Assembly: GCA_964234715.1 (NCBI GenBank)
Contig: OZ174279.1
DNA length: 64,000 nt
Direction: 5' to 3' (one strand)
From: Podarcis melisellensis
Taxonomy: Eukaryota
In this document: positions 13,301-28,100 of the stretch, piece by piece
Layout of the letters: each line of letters starts with the position of its first letter
How positions within the stretch are numbered: position 1 is the first letter of the stretch
Position numbers and translations under genes: made by a program
The notes under the pieces: model-generated
What the model was told of the DNA's origin: nothing
Databases searched by the model: none
What the model saw: the letters and a program-made list of their open reading frames with translations, nothing else

Positions 13301-14913
13301 ATAATATAACTATCAGCAGCATTAAAGTAAAATACAGAGATATTTATAGAGAGTAATATAGTATGAGAACGATTACAAACAGATGACAGAATAAACATAA
13401 GGTTTTTTATGTGTTCAACTGTTGCAATTTACAGGATTTAGCAAAGGAGGAAGCCTTTCATAAGAGCTTCAAAGTAAATTCTTTCATATATTACAGATTG
13501 CATTGTAAGAGTTGAAATAGCTAAAGGCTCTAGTAAACAATGTGTCAAACCAATCTCCAAATAAGAACTGTTAAAACTTTAATAGTTATAAAACGAACAG
13601 CTCTGAATTAATTTGTTTTCTAGTGCAAACATACAGCCGATAACAAATGTATCTAGCTACACTTCTATGCCCCCAAATGCAGTTTACTTCTGTAGCTGCT
13701 ATATTGCTCTTTAGGATAATTGGATATCTGCAATATTTTTTTGCCACATATATTATAAAATAAACTAGTATGTAAGAAGTTGCTGGATGAAACCCATGAG
13801 TGAGTTTTAGATAGCTAATAATTCCAAGAGCAAAAATACCGATCTATGCAGATTGTGTGGTAATGCACTGATGTACATGGAAAATGTGTGGTGGTGTTTT
13901 TTCAGGGTAAACAACACTCACTTTGCCCAGTTTGAGAGCCACTGATGCAGAAAGCTTGACTCTAAAATTCCCAACTGAGTGATTCTTTCTCCACCATCAG
14001 CTCCCCACAATATAATTCAACTTGGGGTCTTCTTCCCAAGGTTATCTTCTGCACAAGCAGAAATCCAGGATTCCTACCACTGGTTTGGGAAGCAGATGAA
14101 CTTAGCTGCAATCCATAACTATCCTGTTGCTTCTTATGAAATACTTCATTTTGAGGTGGTTTTCCCCAAACCAATCCAAATTTGGAAAAATAAGAGCCAC
14201 ATTGCACCTTAAGCTGGTGATGTGTACACAGCCTATAACACACAGAGATGGATCCAAAAGTGCCCTATTTGATGAGAAAGGCAATTCGACTGGTCCATGG
14301 TGCCTCCTCCCCAATTTCTATCTCCTGTTGCATTCTCAGCTCCCAATAATGGAAATGAGGGATATGGAAGGACAAGGAGGGAAAGCTCCACTGTATGAGC
14401 AAAATTCAACCCACACCTCTCTGCATCCATCCTTAAGTATCACGTTTGTTTATACAGGAGACTTTCCCAGTGAATAAGACCACTCTGTCAAATTACTCCA
14501 TAGATTAAAGGTTAATAAATTAAAGGTCACCAAGCACAATAAGATAAACACAAACAAAAGAGAAGAAAACGGAGGCCTTCATTGCTGTACAGAACAAATG
14601 CCACAGTACATATGTCACAAAAATTGTCTCTCCATGTAACATACCAAATGCTTGCTGACATGCTTCAATTCTTTAAGTTACTAAGCAGGACACTCTCTCA
14701 CAAGTGCAGTGACAAGGCTTAAAAAGCAAAGTTAAGAAATGTTCATGTTTTGACTGCCACCTAATATCAGTCACCTGACATCCAGGAGTATGTTCTGCAA
14801 AAAGCGTAGAGCTGACTATTACTAAAACTGGCTTCAGCAGTAAGATTCTAGATCCGAAATGGTTTATGGTTAAGATCCATAAACATTCCTATAGCCTTCA
14901 TTCAGTCACTTAC

Positions 14914-15040
14914 CTTTGTATCCACAGGCTTCACCACTTTCATAAAAGCACCCCTCAAAATGGCTTCCTCACGTTCACTTCTGCCAACTTTCCGAGAATC
15001 CAGAAACTTCAAGTTGGTTAATTTGTGCAGAACAAAATAC
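14914..15040 (-). CDS. LRMDA: LRMDA internal exon (probably exon 5), 127 nt; absent from the ORF track
   Basis: Acceptor TTTTAAAACAG|G TAT TTT; encodes [42 protein letters not shown]; donor AAG|GTAAGT. Confidence 0.93.
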
Positions 15041-18000
15041 CTGTTTTAAAAACAAACAAACAAACCTTTAGGTTAAGAATTTCCATTGACCTATGACTAG
15101 GAATGGAAGGATTTGCCCATTTCATTTCTCACTGTTTCTCATTTTCCCATTCTTAAATTCAGCTCTTCATATTTTGCAGCAATTTGCAAAATAACAAAAC
15201 CAATAATAGCCAAATCCTAATGGAAATTCACCAGCATTTTAGTATGAATTTCTCCTAATAAACGCAATTTTCTGTAATGTTTTGAATAACGTACCCATTT
15301 TTGCAAGCAATTTCCCCTAATATAATTAATTCAAATGTTATTTTCACTAATATCTGCATGTTTATGCACCCTTTCCTCTACCAGATGCATTTTTGTAAAC
15401 AGTGTTTTTGGCTGGAGAACAGCATCACAAAATTCAGACAAGTGCAAATTTTGGAGGATCGCTGTGTTTCAGTTTGTATATTGGTTCAGAAATTGTGACT
15501 TTGATAGATTCAGTTTTGAATGTGTATTGAACTGAGCTTCTCCTCCTATGACACACTAGTCTCAATTCAAAGGACATAAAATAACCTTACAGCTGCAAGA
15601 ACTATTTCTCCAACATATCAGCTATTTTCTACAGTTATGCCCTTAACTCTGCCTTTTGTGATTCATATCAGTATTCAAACTCTAGCAAAACAATAGAAAA
15701 GGTTTGAGTCTGCAGCCTGTACCTTATTTCGGGACTCTGAATCTTGCATGTATGGAACCTATTTTCATTTTTCATGTACCAAGGCTCTTTCACACATGTT
15801 AAATGCATATAGGGGGCAGGGACAATGGGCATTCCCTCTCTATGCATGTTCAGAGTAATGTTGGAGCAGTGCCAATAGTTATGAGCTACCAACATCCTGA
15901 GGAACACTTAGCTGGTATTGGTTAATACTGATAGGCTTATATAAGGCAGCAGTGGGGCCACAATGAAAATGCTGTACCCAGTTTTGGTCAACCATATTCA
16001 AGGGGAATTATTTCAAAATACAGCCACTTTTGAACAAGCAAGATAAGCAAGTTCTTTAGTTTAGGAAAATGAAAAAGTGAAAACAGACAAAATCCTGCTC
16101 CCACTGTGGAACAAATGCAAGTTACTTAACTGGCAAAGAGCTTTGCAACTGGTCACAATGTGCTGTCAAGGCTTCCTCCTCACTAATTTGGGGGAAAGCC
16201 TGAAATATTCAGCTCAGTTCTCAGAATGTACCTGCTGGTCAACACTGCACTGATGCAAAGGTGGTACAGTGATTTTTTTTTTTAAATACCATCACAGCCA
16301 CAGAATAAACCCTAACATGGATGCCCACCCATATTTGTTCAACTATGACCCAAATCTTTTTCTACCATTGCTGTAACCAATCATGTCATCATGTGAAGCT
16401 CCTCAAAAAAAGAAGGGTGAAACAGATCCTACCTATTGACAAGTGTGACTGGGAGCTAAAATGCATCATTGGGTCCATGGTGAATCTGCTTTTTCTACAG
16501 TGCATAAGCCTGGGTGATGTGTGTGTACACCTGCATGTGTTTGTGAACGTGTGCTGATCTGTAGGTGGCTGGATGGTGCTTGTTCCTTTAAAATGTACAA
16601 TTCTATTTTTTAAAAATGTTTGCTTCCTGTTGCTCTGTTTGTCTGACTTAACATACTAGAATATCCTATAATTTTTATTAATGCATGACAAATTTTTGCA
16701 TGCAAATTACTCCAAAGGAGGATATGAAATAAATTTAAATGGGTACAATATCACTTCTTCTTCTCCTTCTCCTTCTTCTTTGTCTTCCTCTTCTTAGCTA
16801 GCTACTAGATCATTTTTTCACTGAGATTTGGTACATGATAGAAAGCAACCCTAGTGGTGTTTTACCCCGCTAGCCATTCTTCCCAATTAAATATAGTGGA
16901 CCCACCTCACGGCATGCCCATTAAACAAATTCCTACAATTTACCACAAGCTATCTTGTGTGAGAGAAAAGTTAGTGATTTAAAGTCTCAGGCAGGAGTTG
17001 ATCAAACAACAAAAAGCTTTATTTACAAAAAGAAGAAGCTTGTGAAACAAAGTTGGGTCAGGAAATGCATTCTTTCAGGTAGAAGCTGACTTATTACTTA
17101 AACTAAATATAAAGATGCCACGGGCTTAAACACAGTAATATATGCACAGCTTTTCTTAAAACTTCAGTTGCTAAAAATCAGTTGGTGCACTTCAGGGAGA
17201 TGTTCAGGTTTATAGAATAGGTGTTAAAATGCTTAACTTGGTTTTCGGTTACTTCACTCTCAGTCCTTTACTTAGTTGTGACAGGCGTTGCAGTTAAATA
17301 CTTTTGACACGGCACAGCTTCCTTCACAGCTTAATACTTTCGTTCAAGAGCGAGGGGCACTTTTCGTCAGTTACCCTCTCTCTTAGCAATCCCACTCCTG
17401 AGGTATTTCCAAATAGCATAACAGACCCAGAGGATCACCTCAACCCTTTTTACTGTTTGGGAGTCATCTTTACCCAGAACTCTCCCCTCCTGCCTAGAAG
17501 GAGACCATCAGTAGTTCAACTCAAATCAGAACCAGTTCACCCCTCAGTCAAATCCTACCATAATCCCCATCTCTCATTTCATCTCTCAAACTGAAACCCC
17601 AAACCCTCAAATCAAACCCTATCTAACTCTCTCCCTCAGAAACTGCTCTTTTTATTTTCCCTCCCAAAGTTCTGACTCCACCCCCCGCTCTGGCTGGCTG
17701 TCTAGGTAGCCAATCAGAGAGAGGCTCCAGCACTCTGGTAGAATTTCCAGTCTGGCTCTGCTGTCCGTCACAGACAGCTTCTCACATTTTGAACCATGAC
17801 TAACGGAAATATTCTCCTGGCAGGGTAGGGTTCCCATTCATTTTTGAGCAAAGAATCTAGAGGCTCATTCTCAGGAAAACAAAGGAGTTATAGCACAGCA
17901 AAATTCCCTGCACCAGAAAAGGGTGCTCATGATGTAAAGGAGCTTGCAGGATGACAGAAGCCAAAGTTTGGGCAAAACATTTGAAGAATATCTCAGGAAA

Positions 18001-21000
18001 GGCGAAAAGAGTAGCAACAGTTTTCAGCGGAGGTTCAAACATCCTAGGTTTTTATGCGAGGCACAACCGAATCAAAGTTAAGGTTCATAAGATGAGAGAA
18101 AATAACTGCCTCGTCATAGGGAACACAGTAGATTCAAAATTGCTTTTCTCCCCTCCAGCTTCCTCTAACATTTTGGCAAAAAAGCTGGAGCTTGGCTAGC
18201 CAGCCACCCACCCACACAGCTTTATTCACAAAAAGCTGACAGAGCATGGCACAGCATGGCATGAATCAAAGTTTGAAAAAAAATCCCAGGAAGGTGATAA
18301 TATCAACTCATCTCAAGTACTTGCTATTTACAGCCAGTCACCCAGATATGAAACAGACTTAGTGGAGACGGAGAGAGGAAGCGCCAGATCCTTTCCTGGC
18401 AGGAAACAGAAAGGTGATTAATAATATTTCCCACAAATGCCAAGTTTATATAGACCATCATTTTAGTAATCAGACTGAGGCCCTGTGGCTTGTCGAAGGG
18501 GCAACCTCACATGTCTAAATTATACGGAAAATGTTCAGGTTCGAAATATAAAGGACTGCCATTTATATGGCTGAACTCAATGGAATAAGTTGTCTGGAAA
18601 GGTAATAAAATCCCTTTCCTTTTTCTTTTCTTTTTAAAGGCGCAGACTAGTTGAGACTAGTTGCAGAAGTGATGGTTAGCCATGCTTTTATGAATTATTC
18701 TTTCAACAACAAGACAAAACAAAAAAGAGAGACAAAGGCCACACCTTGCTTTGTCTGAGGCTTGTAAAATCTTAACGAAATGGAATATGCTTAGTGCTAT
18801 GTGTTAAAATCCATCAACAACCTGCAACCAAGTCACTTCTATGAAAGAGTAATGGTACTAAAAATGAGAGCCCTCTTTAAGGAAGCATAACATGTCCAAA
18901 GCTAGACAATTTGTTAAGAGTAGCTGGATGTCTGGGGATAATGAAATATTCTCAAACACATCTCCAACTTCCCTGGCTGCCCTTTCAACCCCCTGTGAGC
19001 CTCCGACGGCCCTTATCTTTCACTGGAAGAGAATACTTCCATCTTGTATTACTGGCAGAAAAGCTCAGAGGACAAGGGCCTCTTTCAAAGAAAGACATGA
19101 ACAGAAGGAAACAATATGTCAAGAGCAAAGCTCAAGAGGAGTAAAAACACCCATCTAAGTGCAGGGTAAAAAAAGATTAATATTCAGGTGCAGAAAACAT
19201 CACTATTAGAAAATCAGCAAATGTTTCATGATCAAGTGAAAGATGCCACCAAGAAGCAGGCGGCCACAAAAATGACAACAGACTCGAGCAGTGCTGTCTC
19301 ATCTCCCTGCCAACTTTGGACTGAAGCCCTAAACGTCAGTCTTGTATAGCCTCCATCTAAGAAAGCCTAAATTTGTAGCCAAATGGTCTCGGCAGAAAGG
19401 GGTTTCCGCACACCCCTTTCTGTTTAACGTTTCTAGAATTAGTTCCTCAAAGAAAGGGAACATGCAGCTCCCCCCTCTTGGGGAAGGGGAGGGCGAGATG
19501 AGAGCCATATGGATCATATGACAGAAATCTTCCTTCCCCCATCATCTTCGCAGTGCAGATGTTGTATAGCAGAGGATGATGAACTATAAAAGGCAATCTG
19601 CAGCAGGCATTAAAAGCTACCCTGTCATCAGTGCTGAAACATCACAATAATGATGCCATTTTGAAGAACAGTCAGATTAAATCCTTGCCACTCAGATTCC
19701 TTTCATCAGAGAGAAATAAGGACAGATGGACGGACACACACACACACCCCATTAAGCACTCTGTGATGAACCATATATGCTATAGAACAGCATTTCTCAA
19801 CCTTGCGTCCCCAGATGCTGACGGACTACAACTCCCATCATTCCTAGCCATCATGGCCAGAGGTTAGGGATGATGGAAGCTGGTAGTTCAATAATATCTG
19901 GGAACCCAAGGTTGAGAAAGGCTGCTGTAGACCAAGGATAGCCAACATGGTGCCCTCCAGAAGTCATTCCCAATCTGCTTACTTGAGCTCAGGGCTCAGC
20001 TTAACCCTTTCATGCACACAAGTGTGAGTCAGTAACTTTATTACAACAGTAAGATGGCAGATTGCTTGTTTGTTTGTAAGGGTTTGGAGGTAGTGGCTGG
20101 CTTACTATGTATGTCTCTTACGCTTGTTTTAGTTTTATTGGTGCTGGTGTTTTCACTTTTTTTGTCCTTTCGAGTAAATCAGTAGTGACAGCAAACCCTG
20201 CTTGCCATTCAACCATCAGGAGTGAGTGTTGAGGCGCCTGATGCTTCCTGTAGCCATGTATTTAATGGCTCCACACCTCACATAGGATGTCAGATGTGGG
20301 GAGCTGGGTGTAGTTTTAGAGAAAATATCTTAAATGCCAAATTAGGGCCTCCAAATTGCCAGAGACTCCCCACCACCGCTGATGAGCACTAGAAATAAAA
20401 ATGGAGGGACTACCCACAGCCACCTCACTACGATAAGGTAAGCTCAACACCCATACCCACAAAATTTACAATGAAATTTTAAAGTGCCCTGCAAAGGAGG
20501 CTGAAAAATTGAAGCAGGGGAATAAAACATTTGAAAAACTGGGGAGCAAGCACAGCAATAAAAGAAGGAGAGGGGAGAGGAAGAGCAACCAGGCCTTGTT
20601 CCAGCCTCTGAAGAAGAGTTGTTTCAGTGATACAGCACCTGCTTTTCATCTATGAGGTCTCAGTTTCAATTCCCTGAGGTTCAATTCAATTCCTCCAGGT
20701 AGGGCTGAGAATGTCCCCTCATTAAAACCCTGGAGAGCCACTGTCAGTCAATGCAGGGACAATACTGAGCTAGATGGATCATTGGTGTGCTTTAGTGTAA
20801 GGTAGCTCCGTATGTTCGTAAACCATGATTTAATGAAGTTGGAATTTGACATCTGAATGAGCCCGATATATGTGTCTTCCATGTAGAATCAAGTAATAGA
20901 ATACATAAATAGGATACAAATGGAGTAGCAGCAGCCCTCCTCTAGAGTACAATTAGCCATAGACAATGGCTCATGGCCAATTTAGCCATAGACAATATCT

Positions 21001-22074
21001 GGGGATAACTATACCTATGTAAGAATGACATTATATTTCAACACTAAAAAAGAATTTAAATAAGCAATATTTGAAAATGGAGTATCAGTCTAAACACAAC
21101 CCCGCTTTACTAGAAAATATAGAAAAAAGGTACCTAAAGCCCCAGAATGAACACATGCCCTTATAATATAAATTCAAGCCTTGTAAATTTAATCCAGGGT
21201 TATTTGTCGCTCCAGAACTCTTTACTGTGATGTATGACTTAGTTACTAAGGTTATCACAGCAGTATCCTAAAGTTGCATAGTACATAAAACATTCAAGTT
21301 AACAATGCAAGGAGGTTAACTCCCAAAGATAACCTGCTATCAGAGGGTTAAACCAGATGATAGGCCTCTGTCAGCTTCCAAGGAGCTATTGATGGTTCAA
21401 TCAGTTTGTTTTGAAGGTAAAGTACAACAAAAGGGCACTAAACTTATTCAAACTGTCAACAGACACTATCTAGAATGTTGCTTGCAGGTAAGTAATTTTG
21501 GGTGTTTTAAGACTATTATCAAACGGCAATGGCTGCAGAAAGAGACAGCTACTAATAACACAGAATGCAGCCATCATAAAACACTTTATGGCAGGCACAG
21601 GGATCTATAAATTGCATGACATATTGCAACTGCTTTCAGCTTATAAAATTGCTAGTTAAGGGACCACTGCTTAATCAGAAAGAATGCTTCTAAATTTTGC
21701 ATTCAATGTAAAAGAAGAATGTTTTATTTTGGCTGAGGAGGTGGATGGATCTGCATTTTTAGACATAACTTTGAACCCCCTTCAGAATTCCCGAGACTGG
21801 TGTTATTAAACTGACCCATTCTTTGTAGATGTGGGAAAGGTCATTATCTGCCATCGTGGTTGAAGGAAAGCAATGAGCTCTGGCGAGAGGAAAAACAGAT
21901 ATCCCAGGAAGGTCTTTAAAGACTCATTTATCTCTGCCTGTGAACCTCTCTTCTAGTCTACAATGCCCTTAGAAAATTGGCTATGCACAGAGTCCAGACA
22001 ATTCAAGAAGTTTTGTTCTGCAGCAGGTCAGGGGAAGGTTAGATGTCAGTAATAGAGACACAACATTGGCATCA

Positions 22075-22132
<58 letters not shown>

Positions 22133-25100
22133 CAGATTTGGATTTCTAAGTGACAGGCTCCCCTTTATTGCCAGCTCTACAAAATGGCTGCAGTGGCATG
22201 TGAAACATTCAGCTACTTCCAGTGGCGTAGTGTGGGTTGTCAGCACCTGGGGCAAGGCAAGTAACCCTGAGTGAGCCAGGTAGGGGCAGAGAGTTGTGAG
22301 TGTGAGCGCGCCCCCCCAGATGTTGCGCCCAGTGCGGCCGGCCCCCCTGCACCCCCCACACTATGCCACTGGCTACTTCTAAGCCATTGGCTCTAGAGTA
22401 CTTGGGGTGTGTGTGTGTGTGTATGTACACACAGATGGATCATTGTGAAGTAATACCGTTAACAGATATACATTTTAAAATGACTTAGTGTTAGACTTGC
22501 TGGGTCCAGGTTCAAATGTTAGGGTTCTCTTTCACCTTTGAGCCAATTTCAGAGGATTTTGCTTGCACAAAATATTTATAACATTTATAAGCCAGGTGCT
22601 GAAACTTCATACCTTAAAGGGGTTGGCAATGGTAGAGCACATTTGAGCAAAATTAAAATTTGAGCAAAATTAAATTTTGGTAAGAAAAGCACCTTCCTTC
22701 CTTCCTTCCTTCCTTCCTTCCTTCCTTCCTTCCTTCCTTCCTTCCTTCCTTCCTTTCTTTCTTTCTTTCTTTTTCTTTTACAGGAAGTTCCATACCTCCT
22801 TTAGCTGTCACCAAGTTTGCCGTGCAGTAACTTTTATCTGCGGCAAAATTTCACAGGAAATTTGGAGGGGCCGAGTTTTGAGAAGTTTAGCAAATTTCAG
22901 CAAGAAATGGATTCACACATCCTACTGGTTGAGACAAGAGCCTGCTTTATGCCACCAAGCGCTTTCACATTAAACCATCTGAATCAGGACAGGCTGTGCA
23001 AGTATAGGACCAGTGCCTGGGAGTAGTGTTCAGCAGGATGAAAGCGAATAAACTCAAGCTGAATCCTGGCAAGATGGAGGTTCTGGCAATAGGTAGTTCT
23101 TAGGTCCGAGAAGTAGGTAGGCAGCCTGTCCTACACAGGGTAGCACTTCCTCTAAGGGATAGGTGCACAGTTGTGGGGTATTTCTAGATTTCACTCTGTC
23201 ATTAAGGCCCATGCAGCCTCAGTGGCAAGCAGTGCCCAGCTTTGTCCATTCCTCTACCTGGATAACCTGGCTACAGTAGTCCATGCTCAAATAATGTCCT
23301 GGCTGGATTGTGTTCTGTGTGGAACTACTCTTGAAGACTGCACTTCATGATGTGTTACACTAGCATACAGAATCCTGAATAGTTTAGGACCCAAGTATAC
23401 TTGAAGTGGGACGCGGGTGGCACTGTGGGTTAAACCACAGAGCCTAGGACTTGCTGATCAGAAGGTTGGTGGTTCGAATCCCCGCGACGGGGTGAGCTCC
23501 CATTTTTCAGTCCCTGCTCCTGCCAATCTAGCAGTTCGAAAGCACATCAAAGTGCAAGTAGATAAATAGGTACCGCTCCGGTGGGAAGGTAAACGGCGTT
23601 TCCGTGCACTGCTCTGGTTCGCCAGAAGTGGCTTAGTCATGCTGGCCACATGACCCGGAAGCTGCACACCAGCTCCCTCGGCCAATAAAGCAAGATGAAC
23701 GCCGCAACCCCAGAGTCGGTCATGACTGGACCTAATGGTCAGGGGTCCCTTTACCTTTATCTATACTTGAAGCAGCATCTTTTTCATTACCAGCCAACCT
23801 GAGTTTTGAGATCTGTGAGGGAAGTTCTGCTTGTGGTACCCTCATTGAATATGATCCGGGGAGGTCCGCACTACAAATAACAAGGCAGCACCACATCTAT
23901 GGAGCTCTCTCTCATTTCAGATCTGACTGTCCCACTCTTCAGGTGACAGCTAAAGACCAACTGTTTTCAGAAGACTTTTAAACCACAGCAGGAGTTTAAC
24001 TGGGAGTGATATGCTTCTGTTGCTGTGATTTAGAGTGAATTGTGTTCTCCCTCTCTTTTAATGTACACGTGTTGTCGTTGTTTTTTAATGGTGGATCTTG
24101 AATCTGAACAAGATAGTTAATTTCCGGGTTGTCGTGATGAAATCTTACAGTTTGAAAAATGCATGTACTTTTACACATGTTCTTTTAGCTAGAATCTTGT
24201 ATATTATTTCTTCATTGTCCAGGGCATGGGTTTTAAACAGTTTAATACGTTATGGGGTGGTAACATTAGGTGGTGCACAAAGCCATTGGAAAGAAGTACA
24301 AAACATCTGCAGCAGAAAACGAGGAAGAAACACATCAAGGTTTAATGTTATTTCAACACTAAATAACTGGAGATGACAATAGAGATTAACAATTCATTCA
24401 CCAATTTGTTAAGTATTCAGTACAGATGAAACTGTTTTTGTAGTTTCGGTGCTAATCTGACAAGGCATTTAAGGTGTGTATATTTTCAAATAGATGCACA
24501 GGATTGGCAGAATTTCAGTTGAATATGCTTTATTGAATTTTGTTAAATATAGTAAGCTTCAAAATATTCAAAATCTAATTCTGCTAGGATTAGATTTGCA
24601 AAGTTTTAGAAATCTAATAATAGATCTCAAAAAAACCAGATTGGTGGAGAAAAACAAAGCATTGATGATTATTAGTTAAATGAACAGCATATTATAATAT
24701 TATTTCTTAAATTTGTATGTCACCCTTGATCCAAAGACCACATAGCGGTTTAAAACATATAAATACAAAGTAACAACACACGATGCATAATTATTAAAAC
24801 AAAAACAAAAGCATACCAATAACCCCCTTCCACAAACACATCTAAAAGGCCACAGAATGTTAATCAGCTGAAGACCTGGTTATAGAGAAACATTTTTAGC
24901 AGGCACCAAGTGAGCCTCTCTGGGGAGAGCATTCCACAAGAGGGGAGCCAACACAGAAAAGGCTTGTTCTCGTGTAGCCACCCTCTGGAACACTTGTGGA
25001 GAAGACACACGAAGAAGGGCCTCAGACGAATCTTGCAGGAACAAATGGCAACAAGTGACCAGTCTCAATGGCCACAAGCCACCACTGCCTGCATGTTCAT

Positions 25101-28100
25101 GCTTAACCATAGTTGGGTTTAACATTAAGTGTTGACTGGTCCACTGTGTTGCTGGAATTGTGCTGCTGAAAATGGAGGTTTGTTTCTTCTCATTTTTCTC
25201 TTCCTATTTGAATTGTTTTATTATCCAGCACTATTTTCTTTTCTCGTTCAATTGTTTTTGAATATTTTATGGGTTTTATGCTATTAACTTTATGATTATT
25301 AACAGCTTTGATTTCTTTCAAAGATAAAGCAGAATAAAATTCTATTAGATACATTTCCTTCAAGTTTTGCTCTAGGCAAGATTCAGTAGAAACTACTTTT
25401 TTAGTTTTTCCCTCTATTTCTATTGCAGAACCAACCATGTTCAGGGATTTATGAGAATTAACAAGTCAAGAAAGTGATCTGATAAAAGCACTTAACGCCA
25501 ACATGCCTGTAAGCAACCCAAAACATGCCAGTTAATGAATAAGCTTCTCGCCTATACATAGGAGAAAAGCTAATCCTTTGGTATATTGATATATTATATT
25601 AACTAAGCTATATTAACTAAGGGACACCGCAAAATAAACATGAATAAACTGCTTTTCAGCAGTTAAGGGCTATTGCCTCCGCATGCTTTCAAGAAAGCTT
25701 TCCAAACAAGGCTACTAGTCACGATGGGAATGCTCTGTTCTGCCTCCATGGTCAGAGGTGTGGAGCTTCTGAGTGCTTCTGACAAGCAGATGTGCAGTGG
25801 ATGTGTAGGGGATATGCAAAATCACAGATTTGTTGTTGTTGTTTTGTCGTTTAGTTGTGTCCAACTCTTTGTGACCCCATGGACCAGAGCACGCCAGGCA
25901 CTCCTGTCTTCCACTGCCTCCCGCAGTTTGGTCAAACTCAAGCTGGTAGCTTTGAGAACACTATCCAACCATCTCGTCCTCTGTCGCCCCCTTCTCCTTG
26001 TGCCCTCAATCTTTCCCAATATCAGGGTCTTTTCCAGGGAGTCTTCTCTTCTCACGAGGTGGCCAAAGTATTGGAGCCTCAGCTTCACGATCCTTCCAAT
26101 GAGCACTTTTTATGATGCTGACTAGGTTTGTCATTGCTTTTCTCCCAAGAAGCAGGCGTCTTTTAATTTCGTGGCTCCTGTCACCATCTGCAGTGATCAT
26201 GGAGCCCAAGAAAGTATCACCATTTTTTTCTCACTAGGAAGAGATTACTTCTAATAGAGTACTTCTGAGTAAAACATAACCAAGTCTGAAAGTTGTGTTT
26301 TATTCTGTAAAAACAGCACACCCGGGGGGGGGGGGAATGTAATAATATGGGCATGAGGAAAGTGCTCATTCTCCTCCATCCAGCTTCTCCTGCTGCTCTG
26401 GGAGGAGCCCCTCCCAAGTTGCAGGTAGCGGTGGTCAGCATTATTTCCTCTTCTTTCTTAGCAATAGTGATTAAGTACCCTTAGCAATAGGGACGCGGGT
26501 GGCGCTGTGGTATAAACCACAGAGCCTAGAGATCGGAAGGTTGGCAGTTCAAATCCCCATGACAGGGTGATGTCTCGTTGTTCGGTCCCAGCTCCTGCCA
26601 ACCTAGCAGTTCGAAAGCATGCAGTGCAAGTAGATAAATAGGTACCGCTCCAGCGGGAAGGTAAACGGCATTTCCGTGCGCTGCTCTGGTTTGCCAGAAG
26701 CGGCTTAGCCGTGCTGGCCACATGACCCAGAAGCTGTACGCCGGCTCCCTCGGCCAATAAAGCGAGATGAGCGCCGCAACACCAGAGTCGTCCGCGACTG
26801 GGCCTAATGGTCAGGGGTCCCTTTACCTTACCCTTAACAACAGTGCTACCTGACAAGGGCTGAAGCATTAGAGCTGCCTCCACGTTTTGTTCTCTTCCTG
26901 CAGAAATGTCCAACTGACTCACTTTTTTTTTTTAAAAAAAAGAATAAATAAAAAAATATAAAAGCTAGGAGTCTGGGGCCCCAGCTGTCACAGTGTACCC
27001 AGGTGCCTGGACCTGGGTTACTTGGATCCCCGCTTCCCTGGTGACCTGCTTTGCATTTCACATTAAACCACAGTTTAAATCAAGCTGTGGTTTAATGTGT
27101 GTCCTCCTCAGAGTTCCTGCGGTGTTCCTTCCCAGCTCCTCCTGCTGCCATGTTGCAGACAAAACCAGCCGAAGTATCTCACTTCTCATGTTGTCTAAAT
27201 TTGGCTCATGTTGTTCATTTAATATAAAATGTTTATATTAAAATTAAGTGTTAAATGAGCCCCCACCCCACCCCCTCTCTATATGATTGCCATCAGGTAT
27301 ATGGACTAAATGTTTGAATTTAGGCTGCACTGCAATTGTGTGTGTGGGGGGGAATTACATAGGGAAAGAAGCAATGACTATTAATGTAACAGGAAGAAGT
27401 CAGAGCAGCCCAGAAAAAGCAGGACAGAAGAGAACTGAATAAAGCATTGGGTGGACTCCATGCATATCTGGGTTTTCAAGGGGACAACAAACTCTAAAAC
27501 TGTGTTTGGGCTTTGGGCACTTTGTATCTTACTGATTAAAAGACAAATAAGGCCACCTATATTTAAACTTCAATATATTCTGACCAGGACAATTTTTCAC
27601 AATCCAATAATAGCATGGTTCGTGTTTTTACCACAAACAATAGACCCCCAAGACAGAACAAGTGCTGCTGGTACAAGACAAGTAACCAGCAATTATTGTG
27701 TTGACTCCCTGTGACTTTGATCTCTAGGTCATGGCCTGTGCTTTCTGGAGATCTTCAAAGCAGAGACTGCAGCTGAGGTTATTTCCCATTTATGCTGCTT
27801 TGCTAGTCACATTACTTTTTCTCAATACTGGACTGTTTCTCTACTGGCATATCACCTCACACTATGTTTTGATTATGAATAAAGTTTTAAAACCGAAAAA
27901 AGCAGGCAGTCGTTTCTACACAATGATACTTGGTAGGAAACGATAACTGATTATTCATAATTAATAGTAATAACTCATGTGCATTATTAATCATGCAAAA
28001 AATAAATTAATTGAATCTGATATATTTATTAATTTCAAAAAATCCAAAGCTGTTATGTTGCTGTCTTTTCAAATGCATATTTAATTTCTAACAGAGGCAT

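Noticed and set aside
23408-23485. tRNA gene (A/B boxes)
   Set aside because: It is the tRNA-derived head of a Sauria SINE and continues into the SINE body.
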